Virus record (IMG/VR): IMGVR_UViG_3300020193_000035
Location: 1-52,616 of that record
From: a virus
Taxonomy: Duplodnaviria; Caudoviricetes
DNA: 52,616 nt
Reading direction: 5' to 3' (one strand)
Part shown: positions 44,270-52,616 of the stretch, piece by piece
Numbering within the stretch: position 1 is the first letter of the stretch
Layout of the letters: every line of letters begins with the position of its first letter
Position numbers and translations under genes: made by a program
The notes under the pieces: model-generated
Told to the model about the DNA's origin: nothing
The model's input: only the letters and a program-made list of their open reading frames with translations
Databases searched by the model: none

Positions 44270-44821
44270 ATGTTCTTTACAAAGCTAAAATTACCTGTTG
44301 AATTGAAGCCATATGATTATGGAATGAACAACCCAGAAGAATTCTGCGAGTTGGAAATGTCAATGGACCATATCAATAGAGAGTTGCATGACTTTTTACG
44401 CAGTCTAAATTTAGAAATAATAAAGCCTCGATATTTTCACAGCGGCCCTCCACATATATATCGCTTGCACATAGACATTCCAACAAGACCAAATCGTTAC
44501 ACAAGGCTGAACTGGGTGTTTGGTGGTGCAGGAAGCGAAATGGTTTGGTATGCATCGAAACCAGGCAAGGTTCCAACTGTGATGCAAAATAACTTGGGTG
44601 AAAATTATCAAATATACGACCTTGAGGATTGTGACGAAATTGGACGAGGACATGTTATTGGTCCAAATCTTGTGGACGTGGGTACCATACACAATTTAAT
44701 AGGTGGTAGCGAACAGCGACATTGTTACTCTTTCTTTCTTAGAGATAAGAAAGGAAACGGTGATAGACTAGAATGGTCACAAGCGATTGAGAAATTTGCT
44801 CCGTTCATGGAGAGATCATGA
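44270..44821 (+). CDS. Cupin/2OG-Fe(II)-like protein, paralogue A
   Basis: RLHID...NWVFGGAGSEMVWY...TIHNL...RHC (HxD...H...R). Confidence 0.7.
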   Translation: MFFTKLKLPVELKPYDYGMNNPEEFCELEMSMDHINRELHDFLRSLNLEIIKPRYFHSGPPHIYRLHIDIPTRPNRYTRLNWVFGGAGSEMVWYASKPGKVPTVMQNNLGENYQIYDLEDCDEIGRGHVIGPNLVDVGTIHNLIGGSEQRHCYSFFLRDKKGNGDRLEWSQAIEKFAPFMERS

Positions 44822-45384
44822 ACGCTACCTCTGACAGATGCTATAGAAATATCAATATACCAGTGGATTTCAGGCCATGGGACTTTGGTTATGCAAACAA
44901 AAATGAATTTTGTGAGCTTGATATCAAGCCCAACATGGTCAATACAGAAATACATGATTTTTTTGATTCAATTGGTCTTGTGCTTTTACGAGGAAGATAT
45001 TTTCATTGTTTGCCCGGTGTGAGATACAATTTACACACAGACAATAAATTTGAATCCAGTAGAGAACTGATAAAAGTCAATTGGGTATTTGGTGGTGCAG
45101 GCAGCAATATGATTTGGTACAATCTTAAACCAGGTAAAGGTCCTAGGATCTATAAAAATAGCATGGGCGAAGAAATAGTAGGGTACAATGAAGAAGACTG
45201 TGTTGAAATATGCCGTGCACATATTCCCAAACTGGCGATTGTAAATGTTGCGGTTGTGCATACAATACAAAATGCAAACGAATTTAGAGATTGCTATTCT
45301 ATGGTATTGGCGCACAAGCATAATAAAGTAAGATTGGAATGGAATGAGTCTATGGAAAAGATGTCTCCATATATCACAAATTAG
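44818..45384 (+). CDS. Cupin/2OG-Fe(II)-like protein, paralogue B
   Basis: NLHTD...NWVFGGAGSNMIWY...VVHTI...RDC; ATGA coupling. Confidence 0.7.
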   Translation: MNATSDRCYRNINIPVDFRPWDFGYANKNEFCELDIKPNMVNTEIHDFFDSIGLVLLRGRYFHCLPGVRYNLHTDNKFESSRELIKVNWVFGGAGSNMIWYNLKPGKGPRIYKNSMGEEIVGYNEEDCVEICRAHIPKLAIVNVAVVHTIQNANEFRDCYSMVLAHKHNKVRLEWNESMEKMSPYITN

Positions 45385-45422
45385 GTTGTTCTAAAACAAG
45401 CAATCTGTTATATTACAATATT

Positions 45423-45446
45423 GCGAGCGTGGAGAAATTGGTAAAC
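45423..45446 (+). pseudogene. 5' fragment of a tRNA-Leu-like gene
   Basis: GCGAGCG-TGGAGAAATTGGTAAAC matches the acceptor/D-arm pattern of the three Leu tRNAs here, then runs straight into an AAGGAGG RBS. Confidence 0.65.
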
Positions 45447-45459
45447 AAAGGAGGGCACG

Positions 45460-46062
45460 ATGCCTAGCGTATTCTTAGTAAGCGATACGCACTTTGGTCA
45501 CGAAAAGTGCTGCACGGTCTTCAAACGTGTAGACGGTAACCCGTTGCGTCCTTTTGCTTCAGCAGAAGAAATGGACGAAACCATGATCGCACTCTGGAAC
45601 GAACGTGTGCGCCCTTCTGACAAGGTCTACCACTTGGGTGATGTAGTGATCAGCCGCAAATACCTCAAGACGTTGAGCCGGCTCAATGGCGACAAGGTCT
45701 TGATCCGTGGCAATCATGATATCTTCCACTTGGAGGACTACCTGGAGCATTTCCGTGACGTGCGTGGTTACCATGTGATGAACGGACTTATTTTAAGTCA
45801 TATCCCTGTCCACGAATCAAGTCTTGGTAGGTTTGGTTGTAATATACACGGACACTTACACGCCAACAGAGTTATGAAGGCGAGAGGTGTCGATGTTAGA
45901 ACTGGTGAAATCTTATACAGCGATGAGATTGATCCAAGATACTGGTGTGCCTGTGTTGAACAAACAGACTTCGCTCCTATCCTGTTCGAGGATGTCTTAA
46001 AGAGGATTACGGAACAAGGTGGCACCGTGGGATTTAGAAACGGCAATGGGCCCACGATGTGA
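45460..46062 (+). CDS. Calcineurin-like metallophosphoesterase
   Basis: SDTHFGH, HLGD, GNHD, LSH, HGHLH. Confidence 0.93.
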   Translation: MPSVFLVSDTHFGHEKCCTVFKRVDGNPLRPFASAEEMDETMIALWNERVRPSDKVYHLGDVVISRKYLKTLSRLNGDKVLIRGNHDIFHLEDYLEHFRDVRGYHVMNGLILSHIPVHESSLGRFGCNIHGHLHANRVMKARGVDVRTGEILYSDEIDPRYWCACVEQTDFAPILFEDVLKRITEQGGTVGFRNGNGPTM

Positions 46063-46113
46063 GTGTTGACACCGTGGGCTTCATGCATATATAATGCCTG
46101 TGTGAAAAGATAT

Positions 46114-46188
46114 GCGGGTGTAGCTCAGTGGTAGAGCTTCTGCCTTCCAAGCAGAATGTCGTGGGTTCGAATCCCATCGTCCGCTCCA
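46114..46188 (+). tRNA. tRNA-Gly(TCC)
   Basis: Cloverleaf, TCCA; promoter TTGACA(46066)-18-TATAAT. Confidence 0.95.
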
Positions 46189-46220
46189 TTTTCATGCATT
46201 TACATAGAGGAAATCTAAAT

Positions 46221-46709
46221 ATGAAAAAAATCATCATCGCAGCACTGATGTCAATTGGTATCATGGGCGCAGCTAGCGCACAAAGTATCGTTACCGACGG
46301 TAAGACTTATGTTTCAGTTGGCGCCGGACGTGTGACAGCGTCCAACGACAAACGCACTGACTACAGTGTGACAGTTGGTCGTGAAATTGATCAGCAGCTA
46401 CGTGCTGAACTGTCATATGACTATCTTGATCCAAATTCAACGACGAATGTTGCACGCGGTCAGGCAGTGATGGGCAACGCCATCGGCCAGTTCAAGGTCC
46501 CCGGAACCATCTTTGTTCCTTATGCTCTTGTGGGTACCGGTTATGGCTGGGACACCTTTGGCGATCGCGCACTGTACCAAGCAGGTGCAGGCGTGCGTGC
46601 TGAAGTTACCAAGCAGGTTGATCTGGATCTGCGCTTTAGGCGTATCGGCAATTTTGATAACGATGCACACAGCAATGTTGTCGCTGCTGGTGTCAGCTTC
46701 AAGTTCTGA
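46221..46709 (+). CDS. Eight-stranded outer-membrane beta-barrel (OmpA/Ail/Lom-like)
   Basis: Signal peptide ending ASA; amphipathic strands (LRAELSYDY, PYALVGTGY, YQAGAGV); C-terminal Phe. Confidence 0.88.
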   Translation: MKKIIIAALMSIGIMGAASAQSIVTDGKTYVSVGAGRVTASNDKRTDYSVTVGREIDQQLRAELSYDYLDPNSTTNVARGQAVMGNAIGQFKVPGTIFVPYALVGTGYGWDTFGDRALYQAGAGVRAEVTKQVDLDLRFRRIGNFDNDAHSNVVAAGVSFKF

Positions 46710-46714
46710 TTGAT

Positions 46715-47503
46715 ATGAAGCTGGGCATCGTCGGAGTTGGTGTGATTGGTCGTGCGGTGCTTGCCGCCGCAGAGTCCAAAGGCTTCGAGACGGTGCTGGT
46801 AGATCATGCTTTGCAGGATTCACACAGCCTGCAAAGCATGTTATCTCAAAATACAGATGCCATCTTCATCTGCTTGCCTACTCCGGCATCGCCAGATGGA
46901 GGTTGTGACATTTCGACATTGCGTTCTGTATTGAATAGGATAGCATACAGAGGATATGATGGTCCCATCATATCGCACAGCACGGCTCCGTGGAAGTTTT
47001 ATGAATCCTGGAGCCAGATCATGCGCAATCTTGTGCACGTGCCAGAGTTTGTGACAGGCGCTGGTGCCAATCAAGAATACAAACAACAACAGCGCATGAT
47101 AATTGGTGGTGAGCTTTGGTCGACCAAAGCTGCTGCCGTGATACTGAATGCTTTGCTGTCACCGCAAGAGCTGATCCACATGCAAATAGGTGAAGCAGCT
47201 TTTGTGAAGTATCTGGCCAATTCGTTCCTGGCCACCAAGGTGGTATTCATGAATCAGATGTATGATCTTTGTCGTGCAGCTGGTATGGATTGGAACAACG
47301 TGAGTGGCGCAGCCCAGAGAGATACTAGGTTGGGAAACACACATTGGCAAGTACCGGGTCCAGATGGTCAGAGAGGATTTGGGGGAGCATGCTTTCCCAA
47401 GGACACTGATGCATTGTTACATCAGTCTGATCAGCTGGGGATCAGACTTTCGATATTGGAAGCGGCCCTAAAGGCCAACGAAAAGTTACGTAAGATATAT
47501 TAA
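46715..47503 (+). CDS. ugd: UDP-glucose/GDP-mannose dehydrogenase family (lacks the C-terminal domain)
   Basis: GVGVIG, ICLPTP, PEF, KYLANSFLATKVVFMN, GFGGACFPKD. Confidence 0.88.
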   Translation: MKLGIVGVGVIGRAVLAAAESKGFETVLVDHALQDSHSLQSMLSQNTDAIFICLPTPASPDGGCDISTLRSVLNRIAYRGYDGPIISHSTAPWKFYESWSQIMRNLVHVPEFVTGAGANQEYKQQQRMIIGGELWSTKAAAVILNALLSPQELIHMQIGEAAFVKYLANSFLATKVVFMNQMYDLCRAAGMDWNNVSGAAQRDTRLGNTHWQVPGPDGQRGFGGACFPKDTDALLHQSDQLGIRLSILEAALKANEKLRKIY

Positions 47504-47519
47504 GGGGTTTGTATATCAT

Positions 47520-47566
47520 GACATGATCAAGAAAAACGAAAAGGCCGCAGTAGCCTTTAAGCAGCG
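47520..47566 (+). repeat. Dispersed copy of an internal yeaH segment (29003-29052)
   Basis: 32-nt identity GACATGATCAAGAAAAACGAAAAGGCCGCAGT, extending to 37/38 nt. Confidence 0.9.
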
Positions 47567-47625
47567 CATCTTTCGTGGATGCAGCGATGGGAAAGACATA
47601 TAGAACAATATAGATCAGCAAACGG

Positions 47626-47654
47626 AAAGCGGTGCTCTAGCACCGCTTTCTCTT
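47626..47654 (+). terminator. Hairpin terminator
   Basis: GAAAGCGGTGCT / AGCACCGCTTTC inverted repeat followed by TCTT. Confidence 0.75.
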
Positions 47655-47742
47655 GAGTGCCCCAAGATCATCTCATTATAGGCTACGATAAATATTTGCA
47701 AGAAACATCACAACAGACAACCATGTTATTAAGGAACACACT

Positions 47743-48366
47743 ATGAAGATGACGATCATCGATTACAGCAACGAAGGCATACTGTATGTGGGCGACAGCC
47801 AAGCTGTAGTCAATCAGCTCAAGGCTGGTTTGGTAGATACAGAGATGCGCATGTTCTATCCACGTCATCCCAGTTACAACAAGATCATACGCGAAGAGAT
47901 CATGTTGCAAGACAAGCATGTGTTCGTCAAACGAGACAATTCCGTGGTCGAGCTGCCAAAGACAGCTTTCAATCCTGCATACCTAGAACGACGCCGAGTA
48001 ATCAGGCTGCGTGCACCTCTCATGGAGATGCTGATACGCTTTACATGGACCAGCACACAGATCTGCAGACAAACAGCATGGGAAGGGTTGGAGAACAATC
48101 TACAGTTTGCTCTGCGTGACTGTGATCCCAATGCTGGCGTGTGGAGCGATGCCATACAAGAATACTCGCAGATCAACAACATAGAACCCGAGTATGCTTA
48201 CAGAGAAATCAAGCTACAGATGGACAATATACACAGCGTCAAGATGCGTGTGTATGGCTTTCTCAAACATTTTTCAGACAAGATCAATCAGGTGCAAGAC
48301 GAAGAACAAGCCCGCAAGATTGCTGCAGATATGGAAAACAAGTTTTTCAAGGACACATGGATATGA
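47743..48366 (+). CDS. Helical hypothetical protein, first gene of the PP-loop operon
   Basis: Late promoter at 47689-47694; AAGGA RBS. Confidence 0.8.
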   Translation: MKMTIIDYSNEGILYVGDSQAVVNQLKAGLVDTEMRMFYPRHPSYNKIIREEIMLQDKHVFVKRDNSVVELPKTAFNPAYLERRRVIRLRAPLMEMLIRFTWTSTQICRQTAWEGLENNLQFALRDCDPNAGVWSDAIQEYSQINNIEPEYAYREIKLQMDNIHSVKMRVYGFLKHFSDKINQVQDEEQARKIAADMENKFFKDTWI

Positions 48367-49460
48367 GATCTGCATACTGTTTCAACGCCAATCGATTCAA
48401 GGATCTGCCAGGCGAAGATGTGCGCCGCTGGAACACTTTGTTTGAGCTCATCAACTTCAACGTCACATTCATCGATCGCACTGGTGGTATCACCATGCCC
48501 ATACGCAGTTCCTTTCCCAAACAGTTGACCATGCCTGTTTACGATTCAAACTTTGACATGACCTATGAAGAATGCTGCCAGGCACGTGTGAGAGAGATCC
48601 TGGCCAAACAGATAGAGAAGGATGTGCCCATACGTTTGCTCTACAGCGGTGGTATCGACAGCAGCCTCATCCTGACCAGCTTCATCAAGGAAATTGGCCA
48701 GGCTGAAACCGAGAAACGTGTGCAGTTGGTGCTCAGTGTAGAAAGCATCGAAGAAAATCCTTGGATGTGGGAACGTGTGTTGCGCCGCAGCCGTTTCCAG
48801 ATGCTGAACGGAGAGGCACATGCTGGAGACTGGAGACAGGATCGCATCTTGATCGGGGGCGAGTTCAACGATCAGGTGCTGGGATCAGATCTATACAAAG
48901 ACGTGGTGCGCTGGAAGGGTGATGCCATACTGGACCAACCTTGGACAGAAGATCTCATGACCGAATACTACATGAGAAAGATCAGCCGTGAAGACGCAGA
49001 AATGTGGACACGCATATTCAGCCAGCATCTACGCCGTGCTCCGTGTTCGGTAGAAACTGTGGCTGACTGGTGGTGGTGGATCAACTTCAGTTGCAAGTGG
49101 AACTCGGTCTACTTCCGCATCTTGATGTATGCACGCGATCATGCCAACATCAACGAAGACTATCTCAACAACTATTACTACCAGTTCTACGGCGACGAAA
49201 ACTTCCAGCGTTGGAGCATGGTCAATCGAACAGACAAGATCAAAGGCAGCTGGCATACCTACAAGTGGAAGGCACGTGAGCTGGTGGCTGATTTCTGTGG
49301 ACAAGAATATCTGCAGAAGATGAAGCGCGGCAGCCTGTGGCGCTTGTTGGGCTACAAGCGCGGAGCCGAACTGATAGATGACCAGTATGACTATGTGATG
49401 GACGTCACAGCAGCTGATTGGTATGAACCCAACAATTCGTTTAGAAAGGACGCACGATGA
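48363..49460 (+). CDS. PP-loop adenylating enzyme (asparagine synthetase C-terminal-like)
   Basis: LLYSGGIDSS, GGEFNDQ; ATGA coupling at 48363; no glutaminase domain. Confidence 0.8.
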   Translation: MRSAYCFNANRFKDLPGEDVRRWNTLFELINFNVTFIDRTGGITMPIRSSFPKQLTMPVYDSNFDMTYEECCQARVREILAKQIEKDVPIRLLYSGGIDSSLILTSFIKEIGQAETEKRVQLVLSVESIEENPWMWERVLRRSRFQMLNGEAHAGDWRQDRILIGGEFNDQVLGSDLYKDVVRWKGDAILDQPWTEDLMTEYYMRKISREDAEMWTRIFSQHLRRAPCSVETVADWWWWINFSCKWNSVYFRILMYARDHANINEDYLNNYYYQFYGDENFQRWSMVNRTDKIKGSWHTYKWKARELVADFCGQEYLQKMKRGSLWRLLGYKRGAELIDDQYDYVMDVTAADWYEPNNSFRKDAR

Positions 49461-49906
49461 AGAAGATCAAGACTGCCCCAGACGCCAAGGGAGAACTGTT
49501 GGATGTGTATTGGCAAGACACCTTGGTCAACTGTCCGGCCATGAGCACTCTTCTCAAGGTATATGCTGAGACTCTGGACCGGGGTTATGCCAATCCTTAC
49601 GTGACATGGAGCAACAAGAATCGCGTGGTCTGGGCACAGTCCAGAGCCCAAGTCATCGTGGGTGGTATCTGCTATGAGTATGTACCAGAACCCAAGATGG
49701 GCTGGATCGTGCTCAGCTTTACAGACCCTGCTTGGCGTGGCCGTCGCATCAATGAGATGTTGCACACGGTCATGGAAGAAGATGTCAAGAAGCTGGGCGG
49801 TGAGCGCATCTCTAGCTTGGTGCATGTGGACAACATCAGCCGGCAGAAGTCAGCTGAACGTGTGGGACTCAAGCCGCAGTTTTATCGCATGAACAAGGTT
49901 CTTTGA
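49457..49906 (+). CDS. GNAT-family acyltransferase
   Basis: FTDPAWRGRRI (motif A), VHVDN..QKSAERVGL. Confidence 0.85.
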   Translation: MKKIKTAPDAKGELLDVYWQDTLVNCPAMSTLLKVYAETLDRGYANPYVTWSNKNRVVWAQSRAQVIVGGICYEYVPEPKMGWIVLSFTDPAWRGRRINEMLHTVMEEDVKKLGGERISSLVHVDNISRQKSAERVGLKPQFYRMNKVL

Positions 49907-51075
49907 TGCCCAAGAAGTTGGTATGGTTCCATGACAATCTCTTGCTGTCCTATCACAATCCGTTGCTGACCGAAATAGCGGCCAACAACCAGTATCTACA
50001 GCGCCTGGTAAAACCAAAGCACTCGCAAAATCCCAAACTGCTTTGGCATCAGACCATGCATGTGGTGTGCCAGACCAACATGACCATGATCGACCAATCT
50101 GGTACCAGCCGAGATCATGGTGACGGTATGAACATAGTGCCAACCTCTCACCTGGCAGGATTGCCCTCCAGCTTTGATCACACACGCGGCTCTTACATAG
50201 ATCAGCATTTCAAAGACTCTGCCATGCAACGTGTTGATCAACTGTATGACCAAGCCGAGAGGATCGGCGCAGAAGAAATACGCATCAGCTGGAGTGGAGG
50301 CATAGATTCCAATGCTGCATTGGCGTCAGTGATGATGCATCCTCGAAGTATGCTGTGGATGCGCGACGGCCGCATCGTGATCTATACCACACCCATGGCC
50401 AAGAGGGAAGACATAGACATATGGAACTGGTTGGTGTCTTCGGGACTGCCTGTGAGATATCTCGATTATGATGCCTTGGTAAAAGATCAAAGCAAATGGT
50501 TGTTTGTGACAGGCGATGGAGAACCATATGGCAGCACGTTTTGCAAGCTGCACAAATCGCACGTCGCACAAGAAGACATAAGATACGGACATTGGTCACA
50601 GATAGAACCTTATATGTTGGAAAAAGATCCAACAGGCTTGGCCTGGAACTATTTCAAGGCCTTGATAGCCAAGAGTCCCATTGCGATCGACACCAGTTTA
50701 CATGCATGGTGGTGGCTGGAGGCAAACATCACCGAGCAGAATTTCTTCTACAGGATACCCAGCTACTCAACAGCCGGCGCGATCGACCCAGCTCTGGCAT
50801 TGCCAGGCGAAAGGATGTTTTGGTTCTTGGGTTCACAGGATTTTGCGGATCATGGCATATACTCCGTGGTCAACAGGCTGATACCAGAACAGGATGATCA
50901 AGTCAAGCTACGACTGAGAGAGCTGGTGGCACAATGGCAAGGATGGACAGAACCCAAACCCAAGAAGAAATACTTCAGCCAGTTCCTGATACCCAAGCGC
51001 ATCAGGAAGACACGCATATACGAGGATCTCACATGGGATTTCTGTTTGGATTTTGAGGATTGGTTCAACACATGA
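49906..51075 (+). CDS. Second PP-loop adenylating enzyme (paralogue)
   Basis: ISWSGGIDSN, FVTGDGE, AWWWLE; TGATG coupling. Confidence 0.78.
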   Translation: MPKKLVWFHDNLLLSYHNPLLTEIAANNQYLQRLVKPKHSQNPKLLWHQTMHVVCQTNMTMIDQSGTSRDHGDGMNIVPTSHLAGLPSSFDHTRGSYIDQHFKDSAMQRVDQLYDQAERIGAEEIRISWSGGIDSNAALASVMMHPRSMLWMRDGRIVIYTTPMAKREDIDIWNWLVSSGLPVRYLDYDALVKDQSKWLFVTGDGEPYGSTFCKLHKSHVAQEDIRYGHWSQIEPYMLEKDPTGLAWNYFKALIAKSPIAIDTSLHAWWWLEANITEQNFFYRIPSYSTAGAIDPALALPGERMFWFLGSQDFADHGIYSVVNRLIPEQDDQVKLRLRELVAQWQGWTEPKPKKKYFSQFLIPKRIRKTRIYEDLTWDFCLDFEDWFNT

Positions 51076-51602
51076 AAAAATGGGAAAATCTGTTAGTGGT
51101 CATTGACAAGTCAACAGAAAGATTGGTATTCCGATCGTTCTGGACGGAATGGCCACAAATGATACCTGGCAACAATAGATTTGCAGTGCGCAACTGGCGA
51201 GGCTGGAATGATTGGACCAATGACGATTGGAACAACTTTACTCTAAGGTGGCACAATGTCATGCATCCAGTTGAGCGTGCAACACCGGACGATGTTCTTT
51301 CTGATGAAGATCGTGCACGTTTACCTATCGAAAGAGAAAAGTCTGCCGTGGCATGGCACTGGCTGAATGTGTTGCATGCGCTTCATCGCAGCACCGAAGG
51401 CATGATACAAGGCATACACATGTATGATTCAGCTGCTGAAAAAGAACTCTTGGAACAGGAACATCAGGCTGTGAAAGATCTGATACGACGGGACTTGTCT
51501 CAGCATTGGGCAAGGATATGGAATGCCTCCACCATGGAGGAAATAGAAAACCTGGCTGAAGAACTGAGATTTACCAGTCGCAACAGCCAGGCTTATTTTT
51601 GA
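51072..51602 (+). CDS. Trp-rich helical hypothetical protein
   Basis: ATGA coupling; last gene of the operon. Confidence 0.75.
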   Translation: MKKWENLLVVIDKSTERLVFRSFWTEWPQMIPGNNRFAVRNWRGWNDWTNDDWNNFTLRWHNVMHPVERATPDDVLSDEDRARLPIEREKSAVAWHWLNVLHALHRSTEGMIQGIHMYDSAAEKELLEQEHQAVKDLIRRDLSQHWARIWNASTMEEIENLAEELRFTSRNSQAYF

Positions 51603-51617
51603 ACGACTACAATCGCA

Positions 51618-51914
51618 TCAAACGATGCTGGTGTTGCGACTGTTAGCGATGTTGTTGCTGTCGTTGTAAGCATTACGGGTATTGAAATGTGCCTGGCAAA
51701 CAGGATCCGCCAGATACTCGTTCCAAGTAGGTTCATCTTTCCACATTGTGGTGATGACTTGCGTGGTCTTGTCTTCGCTCAATGTGGTGGTGCTGCTGAG
51801 TATCTTGCCCGAATCCATGTATGCTGCATTGTAGTGTGTCATAAACTCATCAGCGGGCCGATAGAATGGCACGTTGTTGTTTTGACGAGTAAAAACCCTC
51901 TGAACTAGAAACAT
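51618..51914 (-). CDS. Small alpha/beta-barrel-like late protein
   Basis: AGGAGA RBS; minus-strand TAAATA at 51970-51975. Confidence 0.75.
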   Translation of the reverse strand: MFLVQRVFTRQNNNVPFYRPADEFMTHYNAAYMDSGKILSSTTTLSEDKTTQVITTMWKDEPTWNEYLADPVCQAHFNTRNAYNDSNNIANSRNTSIV

Positions 51915-52109
51915 ATCGTTTTCTCCTATAGAGTGCGCCCAACAAATGGGTGTGAGCTACATCTTTTTTTATTTATCCGCCCTTGACACGATTCACGTGC
52001 GATCGTAAAATACACAAGTTGACATCTAAATGAACTGGACATCTGTTGCTACAGTAGCTGACGACCTGCTATATATTATATAGACCGCAAAACACTGAAA
52101 GGATTAGGT

Positions 52110-52505
52110 TTGATGAGATCTATCATAGACAAGATGCTAACCCATAGTCCAGTAGTGCTTCTAGCCGTCATCCTCGCAGGCTCGGCTGAGGCCCAAACCA
52201 AGCCGTATCGTATGCAAATTCCAGTCATATGTGGGCCGGTTGAACAAATGACGGACCCTGTCATGAGTAACAAGGGGGAGTATAAGGAACAGCCGTATAT
52301 TGGTTGGGCCGTTCAAGATGGGTTATTTGGAGTCATAACACTGAATCATGAGACTAAGACTTCTACAATATTCTTAATCAAAGAAGACCAGGCCTGCATT
52401 TTGACTAGCGGCACCGATACTAAGATATATGAACCAAGAAAGGGGGTGACCCCCTTTCTTCAAAATCCGCAAGAAAGGGGAACCGGGGAACATGATAAAA
52501 AATGA
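52110..52505 (+). CDS. Secreted/periplasmic hypothetical protein
   Basis: Signal peptide ending AEA; PVICG...ACIL..G. Confidence 0.7.
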   Translation: MMRSIIDKMLTHSPVVLLAVILAGSAEAQTKPYRMQIPVICGPVEQMTDPVMSNKGEYKEQPYIGWAVQDGLFGVITLNHETKTSTIFLIKEDQACILTSGTDTKIYEPRKGVTPFLQNPQERGTGEHDKK

Positions 52506-52616
52506 TCACTGAAATACCGCGTCCCAAAAGACGCAGTTGACTATGTTGCTGGCAAGATTCGTGCCGGAGGCAAAGGTGTCTGAAGACAGATTCAATGCCT
52601 GCCCAAGCATATACCG

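Noticed and set aside
48141-48362. N-terminal extensions in the ORF track (48141, 46128, 32658, 29821, 11197, 40520)
   Set aside because: They overlap upstream genes or RNAs; downstream ATGs have an RBS or stop-start coupling.
1-52616. Stop-codon reassignment as in some jumbo phages
   Set aside because: Conserved genes are full length in the standard code, TAA/TAG/TGA all terminate genes, and no suppressor tRNA was found. The TAG, TAA and TGA anticodons are ordinary Leu and Ser tRNAs.

Overview
A 52.6-kb, gene-dense segment of a large, T4-related (jumbo-type) tailed phage genome that uses the standard genetic code. The host is probably an alphaproteobacterium, inferred from the two-piece tmRNA, the initiator tRNA sequence and the envelope proteins. 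In order, the window holds: replication genes (clamp-loader-like protein, a 199-aa miniature DnaE core, primase, gp41/DnaB helicase, exonuclease); speD; a block of late, probably virion, genes behind TAAATA late promoters; nrdA-nrdB-glutaredoxin; an M23+PAAR+CHAP spike protein and a repeat-rich fibre; a host-like prkA(yeaG)-yeaH-spoVR operon; a permuted tmRNA; a P-loop kinase + RNA ligase pair; a sigma70-driven early region with repeated operator-like palindromes and lipoproteins; 22 tRNA genes interleaved with cupin, iron-permease, phosphoesterase and porin genes; ugd; and a late operon with two PP-loop (AsnB-like) enzymes and a GNAT. The strongest candidate for a new system is a ribosome-dependent attenuator in front of the tRNA array. 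It has a 50-codon leader using all 20 amino acids, a 17-bp antiterminator and an overlapping intrinsic terminator. Also notable are a protein-coding 208-nt intervening segment in the permuted tmRNA and two unexplained structured RNAs in the tRNA region. All calls come from reading motifs by eye; no database searches or folding computations were run.
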